Sequence record: NC_048182.1
DNA length: 64,000 nucleotides
Reading direction: 5' to 3' (one strand)
The position numbers were made by a program, and so were the translations under genes. How positions within the stretch are numbered: position 1 is the first letter of the stretch; each line of letters starts with the position of its first letter. Shown one piece after another: positions 49,641 to 58,141 of the stretch. The notes beneath the pieces were generated by a model. That model did not search any database and had not been told where the DNA came from. It saw only the letters and a list, made by a program, of their open reading frames with translations.

Positions 49641-49916
49641 ATGCCCGTTCATAAAGTAAATGTTCCCAATGCAATTCGGAATGCAATCGCCGCACCTATC
49701 TATGATGAGATGCACCAGCTGAAGAAGACATCTACTTATAAAGAGATGGCTAAGATTTTCGATTGCAGTCCTTCTACCATTAACTGTATTGTCAATGGTG
49801 ACATTGGTAGTGTGAGTATTGATAAGCTCATTCCCATGGCTGATAAACTCGGAATCGAAATCAGTGTCGTCACTAGTCAAGCCGGTGAAGAGACTATAAC
49901 CAAAATAACTAAGTGA
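49641..49916 (+). CDS. Cro/XRE-family helix-turn-helix protein
   Basis: Start ATG 49641 (SD AAGGA). TYKEMAKIFDCSPSTINCIVNG...SIDKLIPMADKLG is a typical XRE HTH. Confidence 0.75.
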   Translation: MPVHKVNVPNAIRNAIAAPIYDEMHQLKKTSTYKEMAKIFDCSPSTINCIVNGDIGSVSIDKLIPMADKLGIEISVVTSQAGEETITKITK

Positions 49917-49923
49917 GAAAGCA

Positions 49924-50580
49924 ATGACTGTTAAAATTCATACTCCAACTATTAACGAAGTAACCCAGGCGGTTTATAACCTGAATGCTACCAAACATTT
50001 GATGACTTGGCATGAGCATATCTTGGCTGGAACAAAACCATTAACAGACGCTCTTCAGATGTGGAACTTTGATCCAGACGCACCGCGTACAGCAGAGAGC
50101 CTGTTAGATAATTACGTTGAACATAACCCATTGGCTCATGCCCCTCGTCCTTTGGATATTCTCGATAATCCAGGCGATCTGGTTCTGGATGATGTGCCTA
50201 TGACAGTCCTGCATGTTTGTGATAAGGATGGTAATCCAGTTGAAATGGAAAGCACCATCAGGCCATGGGTACCTATGCCATTTAAACTTATCCCTCCGGA
50301 TGAAGGTGTTTACTACATGGTTAAAACAGAAGAGATTGATGGTAAGAAGTATTCTTTCTTCCGTCCTTGTCACCCATCTGAAAAACCTACCGAAGGCGAA
50401 CGTCTCGAACGTTATGAGAAACCTCTTCGTTTACCTCCACAGGGTCAAATCGAAGAAGGGGTACTGACTACTCTAGCGACCGCTTACGGTATTCGTAAAG
50501 AATTGCAAGAAGGTTCTTTCGAACAACCAACAGTAACCCAACATGGTTGGGGTCCGGCTAACTTCCAATTTAAATTCTGA
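49924..50580 (+). CDS. hypothetical protein
   Basis: 218 aa. Confidence 0.7.
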   Translation: MTVKIHTPTINEVTQAVYNLNATKHLMTWHEHILAGTKPLTDALQMWNFDPDAPRTAESLLDNYVEHNPLAHAPRPLDILDNPGDLVLDDVPMTVLHVCDKDGNPVEMESTIRPWVPMPFKLIPPDEGVYYMVKTEEIDGKKYSFFRPCHPSEKPTEGERLERYEKPLRLPPQGQIEEGVLTTLATAYGIRKELQEGSFEQPTVTQHGWGPANFQFKF

Positions 50581-50587
50581 GGTTGTC

Positions 50588-51544
50588 ATGTCTTATAAGT
50601 TTACCCATTCCCCATTCGTCTTTGATGTCTGGGTTCCCTTTAATGGACATCGTTTCAAAAATACTTACATGATCCGTACTCGTGACGGCCGCGAATTCGA
50701 ATCGTTCCCAAATGGTGGCGCTTGGTCACAACCAAATAACGAATGGCTGGAAGATAGCGAAGTGTTGGAAATTAAACTCCTATCTAAGCCATTGGGTCGT
50801 GACTTCCATCATGGTGCTGCCAGGTTGAAACGCGATATTGAGTATTTTGGCCGCCGTTATCCAGTTTGGTGTGGAGATACTTTTGTTTGGGAAGATGAAC
50901 TTCCTCCTGGGTTCCGTATTAGCCCCACAGAGGTCTATGGAGAACGTATCACTGCTGAAGGTGAGACATATACTAAGTTATATATTGCGCGCGGCATAAT
51001 CGTTCCTGAGCTCTCTCATCACCATCGTCTTACTGAGATTGAAGGGTATGCTCAAGATCCATTATTCTGGTGGGATGATTCTACCAAGATCTTTAGCCAT
51101 GCTGATATTTGCAATGGGATTCACTTTGTTCACCTACATCGCCAGCACATTCTGGAAGACAAAGAAATGTCGGACCGCGTTGACGAACTTTGTAATAAGA
51201 TGTTCAAAGATAAAAGTGAATGGGTTCCACTTCGCCACTTCTTGGTAGACCTGATCAAACAACAGGGATTCGATCAAGTAAAAGCAAACTTGCAATCAGC
51301 GATAATGCTTCAGAACGATACAACTAACCAAACGCGCTGGAAGCTTCTTCAAGAACAAACTACTCTATGCAAAGGTGGTAGTTTGAAAATTGATAAGGGA
51401 AGACTTATGAACGAACTTCGTGGAGGACGTGCTCATCACATCCCTCCAACGTACGATTTACACCACGTATTGATTCGCCCTGATGTCCGACCTGATGGCG
51501 GTAAAGCTAAAGACCAGTTGGATAAAATCATTAATGGGAATTAA
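50588..51544 (+). CDS. hypothetical protein
   Basis: Likely start ATG 50588 (SD GAGG). Confidence 0.7.
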   Translation: MSYKFTHSPFVFDVWVPFNGHRFKNTYMIRTRDGREFESFPNGGAWSQPNNEWLEDSEVLEIKLLSKPLGRDFHHGAARLKRDIEYFGRRYPVWCGDTFVWEDELPPGFRISPTEVYGERITAEGETYTKLYIARGIIVPELSHHHRLTEIEGYAQDPLFWWDDSTKIFSHADICNGIHFVHLHRQHILEDKEMSDRVDELCNKMFKDKSEWVPLRHFLVDLIKQQGFDQVKANLQSAIMLQNDTTNQTRWKLLQEQTTLCKGGSLKIDKGRLMNELRGGRAHHIPPTYDLHHVLIRPDVRPDGGKAKDQLDKIINGN

Positions 51545-51884
51545 TGATGTTAAATCGCAGGTCCACATAAGTGGGCTTGCATCCGTGATAGACCACGTCG
51601 ATTATGCGGCGTTAGTTGAAGATCGTTTACGTAAAGAGTTTCCTTACAACGATCAACGTGTTTATCGCGGAATGATAGCTAGCCTGGTGAGCGCAAAAGC
51701 TTACTTGCTATCATCTCAGGACTTTAAACACACAGTCCACCTTAACCTAATTAAAACCGCCAAATTGATTTGGCCGGAGAATAACTATGATTCGTCGAGC
51801 AGTCCCACACTCATATACCAAGCAATCCAAACCTTTTTGGAAAAACGTGATGGACAAATTAAAAGCTATCGCAGCTCCCGTTGA
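51534..51884 (+). CDS. hypothetical protein
   Basis: ORF 51483..51884; probable start ATG 51534. Confidence 0.6.
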   Translation: MGINDVKSQVHISGLASVIDHVDYAALVEDRLRKEFPYNDQRVYRGMIASLVSAKAYLLSSQDFKHTVHLNLIKTAKLIWPENNYDSSSSPTLIYQAIQTFLEKRDGQIKSYRSSR

Positions 51885-52455
51885 TTATCCGATTGATAAG
51901 AAAGAAATGGAACTCGTTGAAATTACCGACCGGTTAACTCAAAGTGAATTTAACCAAGGTGTATCGGGCTTGTGTAAAGAGTTCAATATTCCTCAATCAT
52001 TGGTTACTGCGCTGATTATCGGTAATGTTGCCAATATCGTAAATAAAATAGAATGCAAAGATATTCGATACAACACTTTAAACGATTTGACTAAGTCACT
52101 TCGTGAGGGTGATGGTAACTGGATGCAGTTTATTCCTGAATATAAATCCGATAATCTCATTTATCTGGACAGATTGGATATTGGATTAATCAGGGCGTTC
52201 TATAGCTTTGCCATTTCTCAAGGTCTGGACCCTATCGATGCATTTAACGTTACTAATGCTCGTGGTAAAGATGTTCAGGAATTCTTAACACATGCATCGG
52301 CTGAGACTGGCCGATTAGCTGGAACGGTATCTTCTATCTGGTACAACTACGGCGATCTTTATGTTTACGCTGGGCGTAAAGTACTTGGCAATCCAACCAA
52401 GCCAAGTGATGTTGAAATCAAATATACAAAGAGCAAAGGTTTGATTTTAAGCTAA
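51850..52455 (+). CDS. hypothetical protein
   Basis: ORF 51787..52455; probable start ATG 51850. Confidence 0.65.
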   Translation: MDKLKAIAAPVDYPIDKKEMELVEITDRLTQSEFNQGVSGLCKEFNIPQSLVTALIIGNVANIVNKIECKDIRYNTLNDLTKSLREGDGNWMQFIPEYKSDNLIYLDRLDIGLIRAFYSFAISQGLDPIDAFNVTNARGKDVQEFLTHASAETGRLAGTVSSIWYNYGDLYVYAGRKVLGNPTKPSDVEIKYTKSKGLILS

Positions 52456-52486
52456 CTTTCAAAATTAACATAGAAGGAATAAAGTA

Positions 52487-53269
52487 ATGAGTATTGAAAA
52501 AGATAAAGATGGTAACATCATCTTAAACGTTGGTAAGTCAGGTGAATTAAATCATAACGGTCGCGTTTATCTTGACGGTTCCAAAATCTCTGCTAAACAC
52601 GTTAATGCTATTCCCCGCATTATTGATGAAAATATGATGCCGGTTCCTTCAACTAAGATTGTTGAAGATGAAATGCATTTCGAAAAATGTGTTGCCATTC
52701 CGCCAGAAAGTGATGTAACCCATTATGGTTACGACGGAAGCCCACTCGATAAGCTGGCCATGAAGAACGAATACAAATTCGAATCTTGGCAGAAAGCGAT
52801 GAAAGAGAATCCTGGTGATGTACTCGAGATTGACTCTTTGGGTGGTGTTACTGGTGAAATCAAGGGCGTCCAACTTAATCACACTCAGAAACCGGTCAAG
52901 ATTCTCTATACTGGTCCGCGACCTACTATTTCTAATCAAGACTGGGGTCGTATTCTGGACGCTGGACGCAACATTCCTGTCGAGGATATCTTTGCAGCTA
53001 TGGAAGGCGATGTCCAAATCGTCCATATTGATGACGTTCATTGCGATATGAGCTCTCCCCGTAAAACTATGTTGGGTTTAATGCACGCTGGGTATTCTCC
53101 CGAGCTTGCTCGTTTCTCTGACATGGAAGGTTATAGCCGTCATTACTTCCCTGTAAAAGAAAAGGAAGTTACTCCAACTGTCAGCACCAATGGTCGGCAG
53201 AAAATCATTGACAATGGTAAGCGTCAATGGCCTGAAGCAAAACGTCGCAAAGGTCACCGCAAGGGATGA
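52487..53269 (+). CDS. hypothetical protein with basic C-terminal tail (WPEAKRRKGHRKG)
   Basis: 260 aa, SD AAGGA. Confidence 0.75.
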   Translation: MSIEKDKDGNIILNVGKSGELNHNGRVYLDGSKISAKHVNAIPRIIDENMMPVPSTKIVEDEMHFEKCVAIPPESDVTHYGYDGSPLDKLAMKNEYKFESWQKAMKENPGDVLEIDSLGGVTGEIKGVQLNHTQKPVKILYTGPRPTISNQDWGRILDAGRNIPVEDIFAAMEGDVQIVHIDDVHCDMSSPRKTMLGLMHAGYSPELARFSDMEGYSRHYFPVKEKEVTPTVSTNGRQKIIDNGKRQWPEAKRRKGHRKG

Positions 53270-53520
53270 TCTTTTATGTAAAGCCTGGCGAAACTTATTA
53301 TAGTCCGTCAGGTACACCTTTTAAAGTTATAGAGATTGTCAAGCATGGTCAATGTTGCATGCGCGATATGGTTCTCTATGAAAACCTTGAAGACACCAAA
53401 GATTCCAAAGCGGGGACTCATTGGGTTATAGATAAGGGAATGTTTCTAAAAGCATTCTCAGAGGAAAAACCAAATGCCAATAATAATGACGTATATAGGG
53501 GAATCGGAAGACTTCCCTAA
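53266..53520 (+). CDS. DUF1653-like small protein
   Basis: GETYYSPSG..FKVIEIVKH...DMVLYENL...HWV....MFL..F follows the DUF1653 pattern G.Y.H.KG..Y.V...A.H....VVY..L....W.R....F... Confidence 0.6.
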   Translation: MIFYVKPGETYYSPSGTPFKVIEIVKHGQCCMRDMVLYENLEDTKDSKAGTHWVIDKGMFLKAFSEEKPNANNNDVYRGIGRLP

Positions 53521-53713
53521 AGCTAAACAAAGAGTTGAGTTGTTTAATGGTAGGCCTGTCAGGTTAGTTGTGGGTCAGCCGTTTGGTAACATCGCTCGTG
53601 TTATCAAAGGTATTCAGGGTACATCGGCTTTCACCGAAGGTCGTAATACCAAAATCCGTCATGGGAAGGCTGGGGCTTGGCCTGTTCCTAAATCAAAAGG
53701 CAACCGTTTTTAA
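53474..53713 (+). CDS. hypothetical basic protein
   Basis: 79 aa, SD GAGGA. Confidence 0.6.
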   Translation: MPIIMTYIGESEDFPKAKQRVELFNGRPVRLVVGQPFGNIARVIKGIQGTSAFTEGRNTKIRHGKAGAWPVPKSKGNRF

Positions 53714-53725
53714 TAAGGTATAAAA

Positions 53726-55099
53726 ATGATAGAATGGATTATGGGGCTGTACCAATCGGTATTAGACCAAACTGCACACATGCCACAAGCGCAATCTGCT
53801 TTAGTAACAATCAGTTCTGTTTCTATTGCAGGTGGGATTGCGTTTATGCTGATCAAGTTACCACGTGCTATTGGTGACTTCTTCCGTAAACAGTGTATCA
53901 CCAGTTTGGTCTTTAATACCTCGGCTACCTCTTACAGTCAATACAACCAAAAGCAATATCTGGCATTCCTTCGTTGGTTCTCTAAGAACGCCTGGTTTGG
54001 TTGGAGTCGTATTATCACTCTTGATGGTGAGCAGTGGTCGGATAAAGGTGCGGTAGGTCCCGGTGTTGGGACTCACTTCTTTGTCTATAAAAGACATTTC
54101 TTCTTCTTTAAAATAATGGAGCAGGAATCCCAAGGGTCTGATTTCTCTAAATATAAAATCTCTATCTCTGTCATCGGTCGTAACAAACAACCACTGTATG
54201 ACTTGATGGAAGAGTTTATGATAAAGTCAGACCGCGATAAAAATATCACTGTTTACAATGCCAAAGGCGGTGAATGGCTATGGATGACAGAAACTGAACA
54301 TCGTGTTAAAACATCCATGATCATTTCTGAGAATGTTAATAATGAACTTATTAAACCTCTTCAGGAATGGCGTGATAATAAACAGTGGTATGTCGACCGT
54401 GGATTGGATTATAAGTTTTGTGCTTTGCTGTACGGACCGCCAGGGACGGGTAAGAGTTCATTAGCCCGTGAGATTGCTTTCATGTTGAAACGTAATCTCT
54501 ATCTGTTAGCTCCTGACGGGACAGTTAGTTATCAGCAACTGTTCCAGCAAGCTAAGGGCGGCCTTATCCTGATGGAGGACATTGACACCTATGGAGTCAC
54601 TCGTAAACGTACTGGTGATGAAGTGGATGTTAAAAGAGGAATAATTAAACCTATCGAGAAGAAAGATCAAGTTACCGGTAAGAACGACATTGGTAAAGAA
54701 GAAGATAAACTTGGTGAAGCAATGGCTGAGTTTATGGGCGGAAACCTTTCTGATTTGCTTAATGCGCTCCAGGGCGTAATTCCTCTCGACGATCTAGTCA
54801 TCCTGATGTCAACCAACCATCCTGAAAAACTGGACAGTGCTTTAATCCGTGACAGTCGTGTGGATGCTCGCGTTGAAGTTGGATATATGTGTTCTTCTGA
54901 CATTGCTCTTTACTTTGAGCGGGCTTACGGCGTTACATATGAAGGTCCGTCTTTCCCTTCTCTTCCAGCGGCAACGGTTAGCGATGCATTCCTGTCTAAC
55001 AAGTTTAACCCTGAAGGATTTATCAATAAGCTGATTTCCAACAATTTGGAAGAACAAGCTTGCGAGCCATTCTTGTTAAAAGACGTGGCTAACAGTTAA
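53726..55099 (+). CDS. Bcs1-like membrane-anchored AAA+ ATPase
   Basis: N-terminal TM (ALVTISSVSIAGGIAFMLI) and a BCS1_N-like middle region (GPGVGTHFFVYK). Walker A GPPGTGKS, Walker B ILMEDID, SDLLNALQG, and MSTNHPEKLDSALIRDSRVD (Bcs1 consensus TTNHPEKLDPALIRPGRVD). Confidence 0.85.
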   Translation: MIEWIMGLYQSVLDQTAHMPQAQSALVTISSVSIAGGIAFMLIKLPRAIGDFFRKQCITSLVFNTSATSYSQYNQKQYLAFLRWFSKNAWFGWSRIITLDGEQWSDKGAVGPGVGTHFFVYKRHFFFFKIMEQESQGSDFSKYKISISVIGRNKQPLYDLMEEFMIKSDRDKNITVYNAKGGEWLWMTETEHRVKTSMIISENVNNELIKPLQEWRDNKQWYVDRGLDYKFCALLYGPPGTGKSSLAREIAFMLKRNLYLLAPDGTVSYQQLFQQAKGGLILMEDIDTYGVTRKRTGDEVDVKRGIIKPIEKKDQVTGKNDIGKEEDKLGEAMAEFMGGNLSDLLNALQGVIPLDDLVILMSTNHPEKLDSALIRDSRVDARVEVGYMCSSDIALYFERAYGVTYEGPSFPSLPAATVSDAFLSNKFNPEGFINKLISNNLEEQACEPFLLKDVANS

Positions 55100-55109
55100 G
55101 AGGTGTGAA

Positions 55110-55355
55110 ATGAAAATTGCCCCCAATTGGATAATGATAGTGTTGGGCATTATCCTTGCATTTGGTTGTGCTTGGGCTGTTTGGATTATCTATAACGACT
55201 CTCGTGTAACTCCCAACGATGCTGTCGGTTTATGGGTACTCGCCAGTATTTGTGGTGTATTCTCATTGATTGCAATTGTTGGTGAACTATTTGGGGGTCG
55301 TATCTTAAAAGCAATGTACGGTGATTTTTCTAATCGTAATCCATGGGGGCGGTGA
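55110..55355 (+). CDS. small two-TM membrane protein
   Basis: 81 aa with two hydrophobic helices. Confidence 0.7.
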   Translation: MKIAPNWIMIVLGIILAFGCAWAVWIIYNDSRVTPNDAVGLWVLASICGVFSLIAIVGELFGGRILKAMYGDFSNRNPWGR

Positions 55356-55669
55356 TGACAAAAATTCATCAACGCTCTGAACTGGATTTCTTTATCTGTA
55401 AACGTTTTGAAAACAAGAAAGCAACCTTCTACATTCGTGATGGAAAGTCTTTCATGTATGTCGGAAATGAGAAAGTTGAAATGGATGAAGTGGACCCCAA
55501 CGAACCTGAGGATCCTGAATATCCACGTGTCGTTCTCAGTAAAGACATTAAACTAGAAGGGTTCATGTACTTCTATCAAAACGAGCAGTATTACGGTTTA
55601 GTGTTTATTGATGGTAAACGTAAACACTCACCTATCGCTATTAAATTTGGAAATGGGTTGGAAGAGTAA
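55355..55669 (+). CDS. hypothetical protein (paralog of 55669)
   Basis: ORF 55343..55669; probable TGATG-coupled start at 55355. Confidence 0.7.
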   Translation: MTKIHQRSELDFFICKRFENKKATFYIRDGKSFMYVGNEKVEMDEVDPNEPEDPEYPRVVLSKDIKLEGFMYFYQNEQYYGLVFIDGKRKHSPIAIKFGNGLEE

Positions 55670-56001
55670 TGGCTATTGAATTTGAAAGCGTAGATTATGC
55701 TGGTTGTAAACTACTGGTCAACTCCCAAGCAAAGGTTATGATTCGCAAAGGGAAAGCGTTCGTTTATATTAATGACGTCAAGTATGACCTTCCAAATTTG
55801 TCCGACAATGAGCGTGCTGTTGACGAAGAAATTAAACCTGGTGTAATGACTCAGAATCTGGATTACTCTAAAGACTTTACCTTCGAAGGGGTCTTTATGA
55901 TGTTCCAGAATACAAAAGGTTATGTTTGCTTTGTTATGAAGCAAGACCGTCGAGAGTTGCCTGTGGTAATTCGCATGGCAGAACTTCCTACTATTAATTA
56001 A
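55669..56001 (+). CDS. hypothetical protein (paralog of 55355)
   Basis: 110 aa; shares IR.GK.F.Y....K..(M/L) and SKD...EG....(Y/F)QN motifs. Confidence 0.7.
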   Translation: MAIEFESVDYAGCKLLVNSQAKVMIRKGKAFVYINDVKYDLPNLSDNERAVDEEIKPGVMTQNLDYSKDFTFEGVFMMFQNTKGYVCFVMKQDRRELPVVIRMAELPTIN

Positions 56002-56011
56002 GGGATTAGCA

Positions 56012-56335
56012 ATGGCAAAGTTTTATGGCAAGAATGGGGATTGGGCTATCCCCATTGCGGCGATCCTTATCTTTGGTATGTTCTGGGGTGCCAAAATCGC
56101 AACTGGAGATAAGAAGCTTACAGAAAACAGTAAGATCTTTCTGGAGACTTATGGTTACGAAGAAATCGTAGTTAATCCAAAAGCCATTGGGTGTCGGTTT
56201 GACGATGTGATGTCCTTCGATGACCGTGGTCGTGCCTTTACCGCAGTGATGCCGTCAGGTAAGAAAATTGGGGGTGTCGTTTGTACTGCAAAGAACGACG
56301 TCTCTGTATTAAACGTTAACTATCAGGAGCAATGA
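56012..56335 (+). CDS. membrane-anchored small protein with Cys pair
   Basis: 107 aa; N-terminal TM, then GCRFDD...F.A....G..I.GVVC in the exported part. Confidence 0.7.
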   Translation: MAKFYGKNGDWAIPIAAILIFGMFWGAKIATGDKKLTENSKIFLETYGYEEIVVNPKAIGCRFDDVMSFDDRGRAFTAVMPSGKKIGGVVCTAKNDVSVLNVNYQEQ

Positions 56336-56799
56336 TGACTGAGCTTGAAAAGACTGTACGGGGACAAAGTGCTATTCAAATCTTGGGTAAAGTAACTGAT
56401 GTTGTTCTGGACTTTAAAGATCCAGAAGGTAAAACCTGGATAGAACACCAGCAAGCTCAACAGAAAGCATTTGAGCTGAATGAACGTATGTGGGAACTGT
56501 ATAAACAGTTCAAAGGGATCACTGACTTCAAAGAACGTTTTGATTTCCTTGAAGTTCACGGTACCTTTAACCACAGTAAGTTCTACTCGATGTCCAAACG
56601 TCGTCAGAAGCGATTCTTGGCTAAACAGTTTGGCTTCTACTATCATGCTGAAAGTGAACGCTTAGTTCCAATGTATCGCCGATTTGGTAAGGACATCTTC
56701 TTACTGAATCCTGTCTTCAAATTCGAAGAACCATTGGGTAAACCATTTGTAAAAATGATGGAAGCCTGGGCTGATATATTAGTGGGAGAGCAAGGTTGA
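56332..56799 (+). CDS. hypothetical protein
   Basis: 155 aa, ATGA-coupled. Confidence 0.7.
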   Translation: MMTELEKTVRGQSAIQILGKVTDVVLDFKDPEGKTWIEHQQAQQKAFELNERMWELYKQFKGITDFKERFDFLEVHGTFNHSKFYSMSKRRQKRFLAKQFGFYYHAESERLVPMYRRFGKDIFLLNPVFKFEEPLGKPFVKMMEAWADILVGEQG

Positions 56800-57539
56800 T
56801 GTTAACAGCTGAAGATTTAATCCCACGCCCTGCCGATGTTGGTGCGATTACTGAACCGAGTTATCCATTCCCAATTAATCACCTGGATAAATTCCCGGTG
56901 ATGTTGGTCGTTCCAGATCGCGTATGGAAAATCTTTACCAAAATTGGTACTGATGAAACTTATACGTTAATAGCTGAAGCTCTTTATCGTGTATCGTTGT
57001 CCTTCTGTATTACAGGGAACCGTACATACATTAATAAGCTGGGTTTGTCTGACAACGATGTTAACTGTATCGCTACCTGGTTAGAGAAGGAAGAAGGGCA
57101 GTTAAAAGACGCGGTTCAGAATTGGCGTAAACATGTCCTGAACACGTTGTTCAATAACTACAAGCAACCAAAGACCACGTTCAGTGAATACAAGGCGAAT
57201 CAGTTTATTCGTCTATGGTCACGTTCCTGGTTAGACGGCTTGCGCCAGAAAAACAACACAGTTCTATCAGCCAACGAACTTGTTGATCATCTCATAGCTT
57301 CTCAAATCAATCTGGATAAAGGTTGGTTAAACTTATGGAATCGTTATCAGGTTCCAGGTGAGAAAGTTTATGAAGATCTGGTTATGATGGAAGCTTGTGT
57401 AGATGAGAAAGTCGAGGCTTATGAAACAGAACCAGAACCACGTGGTGAGTTTCTAGCTTCTAATGGTCTGCGTGAAATCATTACCGGTCCACAAGGTAAT
57501 CGTTATCCGTCCCCAAAGCGTCGTAAAGGTTCTCGGTGA
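56796..57539 (+). CDS. hypothetical protein with basic C-terminal tail (YPSPKRRKGSR)
   Basis: 247 aa. Confidence 0.7.
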   Translation: MMLTAEDLIPRPADVGAITEPSYPFPINHLDKFPVMLVVPDRVWKIFTKIGTDETYTLIAEALYRVSLSFCITGNRTYINKLGLSDNDVNCIATWLEKEEGQLKDAVQNWRKHVLNTLFNNYKQPKTTFSEYKANQFIRLWSRSWLDGLRQKNNTVLSANELVDHLIASQINLDKGWLNLWNRYQVPGEKVYEDLVMMEACVDEKVEAYETEPEPRGEFLASNGLREIITGPQGNRYPSPKRRKGSR

Positions 57540-57652
57540 GAAAGCGTCGTAAATATTTCCTTATAGTACTCGTTGTGCTATTTGGATATACCTTCTGGTC
57601 TGGTACGCAGACCTTTATTAACCATTATGAAATTCACAGAGGTGAAAAATGA
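57536..57652 (+). CDS. 38-aa single-pass membrane microprotein (below the ORF-track cutoff)
   Basis: GTG start overlaps the upstream TGA (GTGA), SD AAAGGT, and its TGA overlaps the next ATG. Translation: MRKRRKYFLIVLVVLFGYTFWSGTQTFINHYEIHRGEK. Confidence 0.65.
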   Translation: MRKRRKYFLIVLVVLFGYTFWSGTQTFINHYEIHRGEK

Positions 57653-58071
57653 TCTGGAAAGCAATTAAGTCTTTCTTCTCTTTACCGGATGAAAGCAAAA
57701 ACAAAATCAACCGTAAAATGAAATATGCGACTCGTCCCGCTGTTCCTGATACGGCTGAAACAAAACTTCAGAAAGGCCAAATTCATATTAACTATGAAAA
57801 AGAGATCAGTAACATTTTTGATGAGATCTCTCAGGCCGCTGATCAAAATGGCGCAGCTGATGCAGTTGCTTTTGTTAAGTCTCGCCAAATCACCGGAACT
57901 CCGTTAACCGCAAATGAAATTAAGTACATTGCCGTTAACTGTGATTTCAGTTTGCAGAACGGCGAACCTGATCCGCGTTTGGTTGAAGCCATTAACTTCG
58001 CTGTCAATCTCCATGCGATCAAAACTCAGGATAAAGTAAACGATATCTTGAGCAAATTTGAAAAAGAATAA
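57649..58071 (+). CDS. hypothetical protein
   Basis: 140 aa, SD GAGG. Confidence 0.7.
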   Translation: MIWKAIKSFFSLPDESKNKINRKMKYATRPAVPDTAETKLQKGQIHINYEKEISNIFDEISQAADQNGAADAVAFVKSRQITGTPLTANEIKYIAVNCDFSLQNGEPDPRLVEAINFAVNLHAIKTQDKVNDILSKFEKE

Positions 58072-58141
58072 CTCCAGTTACTAATTACTGGAGTCCTAAT
58101 TGGGTGCTAATAACAGCACCCCTTTATTGAGGAAAATGTTA

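Noticed and set aside
58071-58120. Two adjacent hairpins (ACTCCAGT...ACTGGAGT; GGGTGCT...AGCACCC) as a possible ncRNA or riboswitch
   Set aside because: Short stems with no T-tract and no recognisable aptamer consensus; most simply a terminator or processing stem
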